From: Sphingomonadales bacterium UBA6171
GTDB taxonomy: Bacteria; Pseudomonadota; Alphaproteobacteria; Sphingomonadales; Sphingomonadaceae
Assembly (NCBI GenBank): GCA_002422985.1
Contig: DITZ01000048.1
Coordinates: 15,858 to 79,857, forward strand
Direction of reading: 5' to 3'
DNA length: 64,000 nt
Numbering within the stretch: the stretch's first letter is position 1; every line of letters begins with the position of its first letter. The translations under genes were made by a program, and so were the position numbers. Positions 9,853 to 19,501 of this stretch are shown here, piece after piece. Below the pieces are notes generated by a model that was given only the letters and a program-made list of their open reading frames with translations, did no database searches and was not told the origin of the DNA.

Positions 9853-9945
9853 GGGAAAAATGGTTAACGCAAGGTGACGGCCGCGTGACAGCGGGAAAAC
9901 TTGTGCCATGCCGGCCGTGCTTCTACCTTGAGGCTCGGGAGGGGC

Positions 9946-10509
9946 ATGATGGCGAACGCGGAAACCGTCGACAGGCTGATCATGCTGTGGCGCGGCGGCG
10001 ACGCGGCGGCGCGCGATAGGCTGATCGCGCGGCTCTATCCGGAACTGCGCATCATTGCGTCGGCCCAGTTGCGGCGTGAACGCGATGTGTCCTTTTCTTC
10101 GGCTGACCTGGTCAATGACGCCGTCCTGAAGCTGGTGCGCATGGGTGTCATCCAGCTGGCGGACCGGGCGCATATGGTGGCGCTGGCGGCCCGGCTGATG
10201 CGCAACATCCTGGTGGACCATGCCCGCGCCAAGGGCACAGACAAGCGCCTGCACCAGAAGGTGGAACTGAACCCGGATATCGATGGCGAACGCAGGGTTG
10301 ATCTGATTGCGCTGGAAACCGCGCTTAAACGGTTGAGCGCGATCGACGCGCAACTGGGGGAACTGGTGGAAATGCGCTATTTCGGCGGCATGGGGCTGGG
10401 CGATATCGCCGAAGTGACGGGCCTTTCCGAGGCGACCGTGAAACGGCGCTGGCGGACGGCGCGCGCCTGGCTGGCCGATGCGCTGGGCCATCCGATCGAA
10501 GGGCGCTGA
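9946..10509 (+). CDS. ECF-type sigma factor, Ser/Thr-kinase-associated group (TIGR02999-like)
   Basis: WRGGDAAARDRL..LYPELR, MRNILVDHAR, LVEMRYFGG, SEATVKRRWRTARAWL. Confidence 0.92.
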   Translation: MMANAETVDRLIMLWRGGDAAARDRLIARLYPELRIIASAQLRRERDVSFSSADLVNDAVLKLVRMGVIQLADRAHMVALAARLMRNILVDHARAKGTDKRLHQKVELNPDIDGERRVDLIALETALKRLSAIDAQLGELVEMRYFGGMGLGDIAEVTGLSEATVKRRWRTARAWLADALGHPIEGR

Positions 10510-10525
10510 GCGGTTGGAAACGGAG

Positions 10526-12817
10526 ATGAAGCTGGCCGTGGAGCGCGCGGCACTGGCGCTGCTGGACGATGTGCTGGACCTGCCGGAGTCGGCGCGCGCG
10601 GCCTTCATCGACGAACGCACCGCAGACGAGGCCGTGAAGGCGCGCCTGTCGGCGATGCTGGAAGCGGACCGGATTTCTTCGCTGCGCACCGGTGCGGCGG
10701 TGCTGGGGCTGGGCAGCGCGCCGCTGCCCGAACGGATCGGGCATTACCGCATCACCGGGCTGATCGGTCGTGGCGGGATGGGTGCGGTATATCGGGGCGT
10801 GCGCGACAGCGGCGATTTTGCCCATGAGGTGGCGATCAAGGTCATCAAGCCGGGGCTTTTGTCAGAGCAGCTGGCCGAACGGCTCCGGGCCGAACGGCAG
10901 ACGCTGGCCATGCTGAACCATCCCAACATCGCGCATCTGTACGATGGCGGCCAAACCGAGAGCGGCCAACCGTTCATGGTGATGGAACTGGTGGAGGGCA
11001 CCGCGATCGATCGCTGGGCCGACGCCCGGATGCTGTCGGTGCCGGAACGGGTGCGGCTGATGGAAACAGTGGCCGCCGCAATCAGCCATGCGCACCAGCG
11101 GCTGGTGATTCACCGCGATATCACGCCGCTCAATGTGCTGGTGACCGGCGATGGTGTGGTGAAGCTGATCGATTTCGGCATTGCGCGGCCGGCCGATGCC
11201 GAAGGCGCGACGACGGCCGTTGACATTGCCGGGATGGGGCGGCTGCTGCGCCGATTGCTGCGAGAAGCGCCGCCGGAACTGGCCGCGGTCATCGCCAAAG
11301 CCACACAGGCCGACAGCGCGCGGCGCTATGCCACGGCGGATGCCTTTGCTGCGGATCTGGTGGCCTGGCGCACCGGCTTTCCGGTGGCGGCGATGGAGGG
11401 CGGCCGGCGCGAGGCACTGGCCAAGTTCGTGCGGCGGCACCGGGCGTGGGTGGTGGCCCTGGCGCTGTTCGTGCTGGCGCTGGCGACAGCGCTGCTGGCG
11501 GTAACGATGGCCAACCAGCGCGCCGGCGCGGCGCAAGCCGAGGCCGAGGCCCGGTTCGAACGGACGCGCGGCATTGCCCGAACCCTGCTGTTCGAGGCCT
11601 TCGACGCCGTGAGCCAGGTGCCCGGCGCGACCGCGGCGCGCAATCTGCTGGCGCAGACGGGTGCTGCCTATCTGGACGAGCTGGCCGCGATGAAGGGCGC
11701 GCCGCCCGACGTGGTGGCCGAAGCTGGCCGCGGCTATGTGCGGCTGGCCGAGGTGGTGGGCGGTGGACAGGTGGCCTCGCTTGGCCGCCATGCCGACGCC
11801 AATGCGCTGCTGGGCAAGGCCGAGGCGCTGCTGCTGCCGCTGCGCCAGGCGCATCCGCATGACCCGGCCGTGGCGCGGGCCTATGCGGCATTGCGGCTGG
11901 AGCAGGCCGGGGTTGATCTCTACAATAATAATGCCGCCGACCGCGCGCGCGGCCACGCCGCCGAGGCCGAGGCGGTGTTGCAGGGGCTGACGACCCGCGA
12001 TGCCGACGCCGCACGGATGGTGGCGACGGCGATCCAGGCACAGGGCGACAGTTTCGGCTGGAATGATGATTATGCCCGCGCGCTTCCCTACCATCTGCGT
12101 GCCGAAGCGTTCCTGGCCGGGTTGCCGGCGCCGCTGCGGTCTGATCGCGGCGTCATGGCGGCCAGAAGCGGCAATCTGCGGCTGCTGGCGGAAGCGCACC
12201 ACAAGCAAAAGCATGGCCCCGAAGCGCGTGCGGCCAATGATGCGGCGATTGCCATCAACCGCGAACTGGTGGCGCTACAGCCGGACAATCCGGCCTTTCA
12301 GCGCAAGCTGACGCATGCGCTCTGGTATGCTGCGGTGGTGCACCGGACCAACATGCGCGACGCACAGGCGCGCGCGGCCATCACGGAATCGCTGCAACTG
12401 GCACGCCGGCTGGTGGCGCGCGATCCGGCGGACATGGGCGCGCTCAGGATGCTGGCGCTGGTAGGCGAAGTCATGGCGCAGGTGGAGATGGACGCCGGAA
12501 ACGCGGCGGCATCGGTGGCGCTGTCGGACGAGGTGCTGGCAATGCATGCGCGGATGGTGGAGGCGGCCGGCGATGCACCGGGGGCGCTGCGTTCGATGAC
12601 GGCGGCGCTGCGCACCATTGGCGGCAATTATTATGTGATGGGGGATGTGGCCGGCGCCTGCCGGATCTGGCGGCGGGCGGTGGGTCATTATGCCACCATG
12701 CAGGCGCGCGGGCAGCTGACCGGGCTGGATGCCAGCAATGGCTATCCCGAGATTGCCGGCTATGTGCGCGATATCTGCGATGGCGGAGCGCGGCCGAAGC
12801 TGCCGTGGGAGCCATAG
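10526..12817 (+). CDS. Membrane Hanks-type Ser/Thr kinase with helical/TPR-like external domain; kinase domain atypical
   Basis: GRGGMGAVY, VAIK, HRDITPLN and DFGIAR motifs; TM segment WVVALALFVLALATALLAVTM; no TPxYAxPE segment. Alternative TTG start at 10514. Confidence 0.9.
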   Translation: MKLAVERAALALLDDVLDLPESARAAFIDERTADEAVKARLSAMLEADRISSLRTGAAVLGLGSAPLPERIGHYRITGLIGRGGMGAVYRGVRDSGDFAHEVAIKVIKPGLLSEQLAERLRAERQTLAMLNHPNIAHLYDGGQTESGQPFMVMELVEGTAIDRWADARMLSVPERVRLMETVAAAISHAHQRLVIHRDITPLNVLVTGDGVVKLIDFGIARPADAEGATTAVDIAGMGRLLRRLLREAPPELAAVIAKATQADSARRYATADAFAADLVAWRTGFPVAAMEGGRREALAKFVRRHRAWVVALALFVLALATALLAVTMANQRAGAAQAEAEARFERTRGIARTLLFEAFDAVSQVPGATAARNLLAQTGAAYLDELAAMKGAPPDVVAEAGRGYVRLAEVVGGGQVASLGRHADANALLGKAEALLLPLRQAHPHDPAVARAYAALRLEQAGVDLYNNNAADRARGHAAEAEAVLQGLTTRDADAARMVATAIQAQGDSFGWNDDYARALPYHLRAEAFLAGLPAPLRSDRGVMAARSGNLRLLAEAHHKQKHGPEARAANDAAIAINRELVALQPDNPAFQRKLTHALWYAAVVHRTNMRDAQARAAITESLQLARRLVARDPADMGALRMLALVGEVMAQVEMDAGNAAASVALSDEVLAMHARMVEAAGDAPGALRSMTAALRTIGGNYYVMGDVAGACRIWRRAVGHYATMQARGQLTGLDASNGYPEIAGYVRDICDGGARPKLPWEP

Positions 12818-12911
12818 GCCAGCCGGACCCGGCCGGATCGCGCGGCCCGGCGCGCCGCTCCCAGCGGCCTTGCCGGTGCGATCATGGCGGGTCAACAGGG
12901 TCGAAACCGCC

Positions 12912-15170
12912 CTAGAAAGCTATGCGACCCTCGATGCCGATGACGCGGGGCTGGCTGTAGCGGTTGATCGTCGGCGCCTGCGCCACATAATAAAGCTCGT
13001 CGAAGAGGTTGTTCGCAAAGGCGGTGAGGCTGACCTTTCCGAACTCGACCCCGACCCGAAGATTGACGAGGACATAATCGTCGAGATCGACCGAGGTGGC
13101 GGTCAGCTCCTGCTTGCCGCCCCATTGCCCGCTGACCAGCATATTGCCCGTCAGCGCGACATCGTCAGTAACCGGATAGCGAAGATTGAGGTTCGCCGAG
13201 GCGAGCCAGTCGGGAACCTGCGCAAGGTCGAGACCGTCATAGCGGCCGCTCGTTACCTCGCCGCCCTGGCGTGAGCCGCTGAGCGCGAGCCGCCCGTCGC
13301 CACTGCCGAGATCGAACCCCTGGCTGTATTCGGCCTCAATCCCCCAGCTTTTTGCATCGCCCGCGTTGGTGAGATAGGCGACCGCCGTGACCGGACAGGC
13401 CGCATTGGTCAGCGCGCAGCCGTCGTCCACCTGCGCGATCAGATCCTTGAGCGCGGTATAATAGCCCGCGATCGCGAAATAGCCGCGACGCATCGGACTG
13501 CCCTTGATGCCGACCTCATAGGAGGTGCTGTTTTCATTGCCGAACAGCAGCTGCACCGGATTGGGCGCGCGGGGATCGGAAAGACGGGTGTTGAAACCGC
13601 CGGCGCGGTAGCTGCTTCCCACCTTGCCATAGGCGAGGATAGTCGAGGTGAGCCGGTAGGCAAGCGTCGCATTATAAGAGAGATTGTCGGTGCTGATACT
13701 GTCGTCGATGATCCGCGACACCCCGCCGGTCGGCAGCCCGGTGCCGAGATCGTAAAGCCGCGCGGAGATGCTGCGGCTGTCGTGCGTGTAGCGCAGTTCG
13801 CCCGTCAGGTTGAGGCTGTCGCTGATGTCGAAACCGAGCGAACCATAAGCGGCATAGCTTTCGAATTTCAGCCGCGCGGGGGCGATATTGCCGGGCGACG
13901 GATTGGCGAGCGTCGGCGAGCGGATAGTCGCCACCGAAAAATCGCTGTCCAGCAGCAGCATTTCCGCGCCCGCCAGCCATGTAAGGCGATTCGCCACGCC
14001 GCTGATATGGATGTCCTGCGACAAATTGTCGGTCGTATCGACGACATAGGAGGCCGCGTTCGGATCGATCGGTGTCAGTGCCCCGACCTCTCCGGCGGCG
14101 CGGGCGCGGGCAAGTTCGGTGGGGCTGACGGCGTCACTGTCCAGATCATATTCGGACCGTCGTTTGCGGTAGGAGGTCGTCGAAGTCAGATCGGCACCGC
14201 CAAGGTCGATACGGAAGATGGCCTGCAACCCGTCGACATCCTGCGTCGCCCTGGGTGCCGTGTTCCAGGGATAGCGGAAGCGATCCTGGATATAGCCGCC
14301 GGGGAAGCCCGGCGTGCCGGCGGGGATGAAAATCTGATAGTGGATCGTGGGTGTGGTCAGCCGCTGCGTCTCGGCCATGATGATGGCATCCACCGGGCCG
14401 CGCCTGAGGCGCAGCTGCCCGCGAAGACCATGCCCCTTCTGCCGGTCGAAATAGACATCATTGTCCGGATTATAGAAAAAGCCCTTGTCCTGCTCCATCA
14501 GATCGCCGCTGAAGCGGATCGCCAGACCATCGGCAAGCGGGACGTTGACCGCGGCCTGCGTCTGGAAGCTGTTGGTTTCAAAGCCGTATCGCGCACTCGC
14601 CCAGCCCGAAAGATCAAAGCCGGGTTCGGCCGAGATGATATTGATCGCGCCGCCGACCGCATTGCGTCCGTACAATGCGCCCTGTGTCCCGCGCAGCACC
14701 TCGACGCGGCCGATGTCGAGAAAATCGAGGCGCGTGAAGTTGCGGCCACCCACGGCACCGCCGGCGATATAGGCACCATTGCGATAGAGGCCGACGCTCG
14801 GGTCGCCATTGGTCGCACGCGCCGTGGACGACGCGCGGATCGATATCTCGGACGTGATCGACGAATTCAGATTGTTGAAACGGACGCCCGGCTGGTCGGC
14901 GAGCAGTTCGCCGCTGCTTGTCGCGCCGCCGCGACCGGTGAGCGCGGTGATTTCGATGACCGAGGCCGCGGTGGGAACGTCGGCGAGCCGCTCTTCCCGC
15001 CGCCGCGCCGTCACGACGATCGTGCCGTCATTCTCCGCGCCAGCCGCAGGGCCGGCCGGCAGCGCCGCGGCCGGCCGGTCCTGGGCGAAAGCGGCCGGGG
15101 TTGCCGCCACCCAGAGGGCGGCCGTGCAGAAAAGTAGGTGCGCCTTGCGTCCCATGATGTCTCTCCCCAT
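12912..15170 (-). CDS. TonB-dependent receptor
   Basis: Signal peptide, TIVVTARRREE, VEVLRGTQGALYGRNAVGGAIN, C-terminal Phe. Confidence 0.96.
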   Translation of the reverse strand: MGRDIMGRKAHLLFCTAALWVAATPAAFAQDRPAAALPAGPAAGAENDGTIVVTARRREERLADVPTAASVIEITALTGRGGATSSGELLADQPGVRFNNLNSSITSEISIRASSTARATNGDPSVGLYRNGAYIAGGAVGGRNFTRLDFLDIGRVEVLRGTQGALYGRNAVGGAINIISAEPGFDLSGWASARYGFETNSFQTQAAVNVPLADGLAIRFSGDLMEQDKGFFYNPDNDVYFDRQKGHGLRGQLRLRRGPVDAIIMAETQRLTTPTIHYQIFIPAGTPGFPGGYIQDRFRYPWNTAPRATQDVDGLQAIFRIDLGGADLTSTTSYRKRRSEYDLDSDAVSPTELARARAAGEVGALTPIDPNAASYVVDTTDNLSQDIHISGVANRLTWLAGAEMLLLDSDFSVATIRSPTLANPSPGNIAPARLKFESYAAYGSLGFDISDSLNLTGELRYTHDSRSISARLYDLGTGLPTGGVSRIIDDSISTDNLSYNATLAYRLTSTILAYGKVGSSYRAGGFNTRLSDPRAPNPVQLLFGNENSTSYEVGIKGSPMRRGYFAIAGYYTALKDLIAQVDDGCALTNAACPVTAVAYLTNAGDAKSWGIEAEYSQGFDLGSGDGRLALSGSRQGGEVTSGRYDGLDLAQVPDWLASANLNLRYPVTDDVALTGNMLVSGQWGGKQELTATSVDLDDYVLVNLRVGVEFGKVSLTAFANNLFDELYYVAQAPTINRYSQPRVIGIEGRIAF

Positions 15171-15183
15171 TTCTTATCCGAAT

Positions 15184-15195
15184 ATTATCGATAAT
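15184..15195. promoter_or_regulatory. Palindromic operator ATTATCGATAAT, copy 1
   Basis: Perfect 12-bp palindrome just upstream of the TonB receptor start; identical copy at 17383. Confidence 0.75.
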
Positions 15196-15260
15196 CTGTG
15201 CAGAGGTGCAAGCGAGTCAAGCCGGAAAAAATGCCGGGCTCCGGCATCCGGTTCGGCGGC

Positions 15261-16562
15261 TTATGAAAGAAGGGCGCTCAGCAGATCGCGAAAGCCCCGC
15301 GCCGTGGCGGCAAGCGGTTCGGGTGCGACGGTCGATAAATCGTCGGTCGCGGCGTGGTGGTGACGATGTGCGCCGAAGATGCCGGCATGTCGCGGGTAGC
15401 CGGCCCCGATCACCTCCGCGAGTTCGCCCGCGGCCCCCGCTGCCGACGGATAGGCCATCTCGATGCCCGGCTGGCCCTTGAAGATCGCGCGCGCCCGCGC
15501 GACGAACGCGGGCGATGTCATCAGGAAGCGATAGGGATCGGCGCTGGGCAGCGGCAGCAGGCGCCCCGGCAATTCCTGATAATCGCGCGCCGCGGCATTG
15601 GCCCCCAGATGCAGCCAGAAGTCGGTCTCGCCAGGCGGCGGGCCGACCTTCGCGACGATATGGCTTGCGCCGAGATTCTCATATTCATGTCCACTGTTGC
15701 ACAGAAACAGCAGGCTGTGCCGCGCAAAGGCGCGGGGCATCCAGTCGGCAAGCGCCAGCCAGATTGCGATGCCGGGCCCCCGCTCGCCGGCGCAGTCGGT
15801 CCAGCCCGATCGCGGCGTTGAGACGACGAGCCAGGGGCGGCCCGGCAAAACGCGCCGCCCGATGATATTCTGCGCCGTGCGCGTGCCGCCCTCTCCGCGC
15901 AGGATGAGTTTGGCTGCGCTGCCCTGGCGCGCGGCCTCGATCACCGGCGCGGCAAGCCGCGGCGCGAGCAGGGCGAGCGGCTTGTCCGAAACCGGGCGAT
16001 CGGCCGGGGTGTTGAGCAGCAACGCTTCCCCCGACGGCCCGGTGGTAACGAGGATCACCGCGCCCGCGCCGCGCGCCAGCGCGTCGGCAAGCGGCCCGCG
16101 CACCGCCCGATCAATCAGGCTCGACCAGCGTTGATAGGGCAGGCGCAGCACGGCGATCGCTCCGTCGAGGCGTCCGGCCGTTTCGGCAAGGCGCAGCGGT
16201 GCATCATAGCCGTCCGCGCCGGTTTCGACGGCCAGCGGCTGCGCAACAAGCGGGATGCTGAGATTGCCGAGGCTGAGTTCACAGCGCGAGGCCGCGAACC
16301 AGGGCACGTTGAATGATAAGCGTTCGACCGCGAATCCGGCCCCGGCCAGCCGATTCGCCGTCCAGTCGGCGGTCCGGCGGTCGCCCGCGCCGCCCGACTG
16401 TTTGTTGCCGGCTTCGGCATAGCGTCGGACGTCGGCAAAAAGCCGTTCGGGCTCAAAGATGGCCAAATCCGCTGCGGCGGCAGCGGCGCCTGCTGGCAAG
16501 GCGATCGGCGCGGCAATGCCTGCCTTCAGCAGCGTGCGGCGGTCGGTCGGGGAACGGCTCAT
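15261..16562 (-). CDS. Tat-exported PA-domain / M28-peptidase-like protein
   Basis: Twin-arginine signal DRRTLLKAG; GAGAVIL PA-like segment; NIIGR, SGHEYENLG, HHAATDDL. Confidence 0.6.
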   Translation of the reverse strand: MSRSPTDRRTLLKAGIAAPIALPAGAAAAAADLAIFEPERLFADVRRYAEAGNKQSGGAGDRRTADWTANRLAGAGFAVERLSFNVPWFAASRCELSLGNLSIPLVAQPLAVETGADGYDAPLRLAETAGRLDGAIAVLRLPYQRWSSLIDRAVRGPLADALARGAGAVILVTTGPSGEALLLNTPADRPVSDKPLALLAPRLAAPVIEAARQGSAAKLILRGEGGTRTAQNIIGRRVLPGRPWLVVSTPRSGWTDCAGERGPGIAIWLALADWMPRAFARHSLLFLCNSGHEYENLGASHIVAKVGPPPGETDFWLHLGANAAARDYQELPGRLLPLPSADPYRFLMTSPAFVARARAIFKGQPGIEMAYPSAAGAAGELAEVIGAGYPRHAGIFGAHRHHHAATDDLSTVAPEPLAATARGFRDLLSALLS

Positions 16563-17299
16563 GTCGCTTTTGCCCGGCGGCGCGCCGGCCTGGGTTTCGC
16601 GTGCCGGACCTTATATTCCTCCAATGCGCTCCCGAAACTGTTCTGCGTCACCCCGATCAACGCCCGCGCGGTTGCGTCGGCGGCATCGCCGTTGCGCGCG
16701 ACGATATGCCGGCAAAGCTCGTCATACAGTATGGCCGACCGATGCGCCGCCTCATTGCCATGTGTCTCGATATAGCTGTCAGTATAGACATTATGCTGCC
16801 AGCGCGCGAGCAGCGCGATCCGGTCGAGGAGCTCAAGCGCCAGCGGCGCGTTGCTGCGCTTGGCGATGAAGCGGCCGATGCGGTTGGAGACCTTGAGATG
16901 CTCGAAGCTGTTCCCGGTGCGCTGGGTGACATCCTTATATTCGACCAGCCGGTGCATCAGCTCCCGCCCGTCGCGATCGCTCATCTCGGCCGCCGCCAGA
17001 CGGCACACGACGCCGAACAGCGATTTCCACAGCTCATAGACCTCATTGGCGGCATGCGCGTCGATGTCGATTACATAGGTGCCGCGCCAGGGCACCACCT
17101 TCACCAGACCGATCCGCGCGAGCTGGCGGAAAGCCTCGCGCACCGGCGCATGGCTCACCCCGAAACGCGCGGCAATTTCCCGCTCGCGCAGCCACGACCC
17201 CGGCGGGATCCGCCATTCGACGATATCGTCGGTCAGGAGGCGCGCGATCACGCGGTCCTGCGTTGGCGTGCTGTCGTCCTCGGTCTTCGGCGCGGCCAT
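16559..17299 (-). CDS. GntR/FCD family regulator
   Basis: IPPGSWLREREIAARFGVSHAPVREAFRQL winged HTH. Confidence 0.92.
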   Translation of the reverse strand: MAAPKTEDDSTPTQDRVIARLLTDDIVEWRIPPGSWLREREIAARFGVSHAPVREAFRQLARIGLVKVVPWRGTYVIDIDAHAANEVYELWKSLFGVVCRLAAAEMSDRDGRELMHRLVEYKDVTQRTGNSFEHLKVSNRIGRFIAKRSNAPLALELLDRIALLARWQHNVYTDSYIETHGNEAAHRSAILYDELCRHIVARNGDAADATARALIGVTQNSFGSALEEYKVRHAKPRPARRRAKAT

Positions 17300-17381
17300 T
17301 GCTCTCCGTTCGGCTTTCCTTGCTCCCGCACCCATGCCAATCGGGCAGTGCGCGCGAGCAGTCTTTGATTGCGAATGAAAT

Positions 17382-17395
17382 TATTATCGATAATA
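17382..17395. promoter_or_regulatory. Palindromic operator TATTATCGATAATA, copy 2
   Basis: Perfect 14-bp palindrome in the divergent GntR / serine hydrolase promoter. Confidence 0.78.
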
Positions 17396-17431
17396 TCAGC
17401 AATGACAACCATCGGAAAATGGGAGCCGGAA

Positions 17432-18439
17432 TTGAAGCGCGCCATCCTCCTTCTTGCCATCATGGCGGCCGCCCTGCCCGCAATGGCAGCCGAACCTGCT
17501 CCGCTTCCCGGCTGTGCCGCGGCGATCGCCTATTCCGACGCCCATGACGGCGTCGCGCTGCTGATCCTGGAGGACGGGAAAATCCGCTGCCGTTCCGCGG
17601 ATATCACGACGCCGAGGGAACTCTGGTCGGGCACCAAAAGCCTGGTCGGGCTGATGGCGGCGGCGGCCGTCCAGGACGGGCTGCTGACGCTCGACGAGCG
17701 GGCGTCAGAGACGCTCGGCGAATGGAAAAGCGACCCTGAAAAGGCACAGATCACGCTCCGCCAGCTGCTGTCGATGACGGGTGGGCAGGGCTCCACCGTC
17801 GGCAGGCCCAAAGGCTATCAGGAGTCGGTGATGGCCCCGCTCACAGCATCGCCCGGCAGCAAATTCCAATATGGCCCGGCGCCGATGCAGATTTTCGGCG
17901 AAATCATGCGCCGCAAGCTCGAAGCCAGGGGCGAAGACGGCAATCCGCGCCACTATATCGAGCGGCGCATTCTCACGCCACTGGGCGTGACGGTCGGCGA
18001 TTGGCGCAACGGCCCCGATGGCGCTCCGCTGATGCCGCAGGGCCTGCTGCTGGCAGCGTCGGCGTGGGCGAAGATCGGCGAGTTCGTTCGCGCCGCCGGC
18101 CAGCACGAAGGCAAGCCGCTGGTCGATCCGGCGGCCTTCACCGCGCTGTTCAAGGGTAGCGCGGCCAATCCGGCCTATGGTCTCACCTGGTGGCTGCCGC
18201 GCCGCACGCCGGCTGGCGATCCTGTCACCCTCTCGACCGACATCACGGATCATCCCGACGACTTCCCCGCCGATATGGTGGTCGCAGCCGGTGCGGGCAA
18301 TCAACGGCTCTATGTCATTCCCTCGCTGCGGCTCACCATCGTCCGGCAGGCCAGGCTCAATCTTCTGGCTCTGGCAGCGGGCCGAAAAGGCGATTGGTCC
18401 GATCGGCAATTCCTGTCGATGCTGCTGAAGCCGTCCTGA
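17432..18439 (+). CDS. Secreted serine hydrolase (beta-lactamase/AmpC-like fold)
   Basis: TTG start after GGGAG; signal peptide; SxxK in WSGTKS; ITLRQLLSMTGG, FQYG, YGLTWW, AAGAGNQRL. Confidence 0.88.
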   Translation: MKRAILLLAIMAAALPAMAAEPAPLPGCAAAIAYSDAHDGVALLILEDGKIRCRSADITTPRELWSGTKSLVGLMAAAAVQDGLLTLDERASETLGEWKSDPEKAQITLRQLLSMTGGQGSTVGRPKGYQESVMAPLTASPGSKFQYGPAPMQIFGEIMRRKLEARGEDGNPRHYIERRILTPLGVTVGDWRNGPDGAPLMPQGLLLAASAWAKIGEFVRAAGQHEGKPLVDPAAFTALFKGSAANPAYGLTWWLPRRTPAGDPVTLSTDITDHPDDFPADMVVAAGAGNQRLYVIPSLRLTIVRQARLNLLALAAGRKGDWSDRQFLSMLLKPS

Positions 18440-18526
18440 TCCACGCCGCGATTGTATCGCATGGCCTGACGACGGACAAAACCACCGCAGGACGCGCTCC
18501 GGTCAATTCACAAATATGCTGTAATG

Positions 18527-19501
18527 TCAGGAAAACATTTCCTCGCGAACGAGATCGAGCGTGGGTCTGACATCAGCCAATATTTCGCGGCCGATCCGCC
18601 CCGCCCAGTAATTCTCGGCGCCGCCCGCCAGCCGCCAGGCATGGATTCGTCGCGTAAACAGATTGAGATCATGTTCGCCGCTGATTCCGATTGCCCCGTG
18701 CAGACCATGGGCGATCCGGGTAACGACCGTTGCCGCACGCGCGGCGATCAATTTGGCGCTGGCAGCAGTCAGGGGGCTTGGCCAACCGCCATGCCGCACG
18801 GCCGTTTCGCAGGCCATGCGCGCGGCGACGACATGTTCGCTCGCAACCGCCAGATTCTGCTGAAGCGCCTGCTGGCGCGCTATCGGCTTCCCGAACTGGA
18901 TTCGCTGGAGAGCATAGTCCACGGACATTGCCAGCACCGCCTCGCCCGCGCCGACAATCAGCGCGGCATAGAGCAGCGCGGCAGCCGGGGCCATGCTGCC
19001 CGCGCCGTCGGCTTCCATCGCGCCGGCCTGCGCTTTGCGCGAAAGCATATCGTCTGACAGGCCGATTGACAGGCCGATCGCCGCGCTGGCCGCTTCGTCC
19101 CCATCCCGTCGCTGAAGATTCAGCCGGCCCGAATCCGCCGCAAGAATAGATTCTGCATGTTCCGCGCCCGGCAGTGTCAGCGACGCAACGCCCAGCAGGA
19201 TCGGGCCGTGTGGATATTCGCGTCCCGCCTGCGCCAGCAGGGCGCGGGCGATCATGGTTTCGCCAACCGGCAGCGGAACCGCCCTGCGTCCCAGCGCCAG
19301 AAACAGCGGCAGGACAGCGGCGAACGACAGATTCGCTCCGCCGCGCGCTGCGCACACCAGTGCATCGAGGAAACCTGAAGCGTCCAGACTGTTCCAGATT
19401 GCCGCATCCGGCGCACCCTGTTCGATCTGCCGCACGGTCGCGCTGCTGAACAGATCGGCCAGCATCCGGTCGAACGGTTCGAAAAGGCCGGTTTCGTCCA
19501 T
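18527..19501 (-). CDS. Acyl-CoA dehydrogenase, short partner subunit
   Basis: RIQFGKPIARQQALQ, HGLHGAIGISGEH; TAATG coupling with the upstream gene. Confidence 0.88.
   Translation of the reverse strand: MDETGLFEPFDRMLADLFSSATVRQIEQGAPDAAIWNSLDASGFLDALVCAARGGANLSFAAVLPLFLALGRRAVPLPVGETMIARALLAQAGREYPHGPILLGVASLTLPGAEHAESILAADSGRLNLQRRDGDEAASAAIGLSIGLSDDMLSRKAQAGAMEADGAGSMAPAAALLYAALIVGAGEAVLAMSVDYALQRIQFGKPIARQQALQQNLAVASEHVVAARMACETAVRHGGWPSPLTAASAKLIAARAATVVTRIAHGLHGAIGISGEHDLNLFTRRIHAWRLAGGAENYWAGRIGREILADVRPTLDLVREEMFS

Noticed and set aside
17432-18439. Serine hydrolase as a true beta-lactamase
   Set aside because: SxxK is present but the YxN and KTG motifs of class A/C enzymes are not matched (YGP, AAG); the context suggests catabolism
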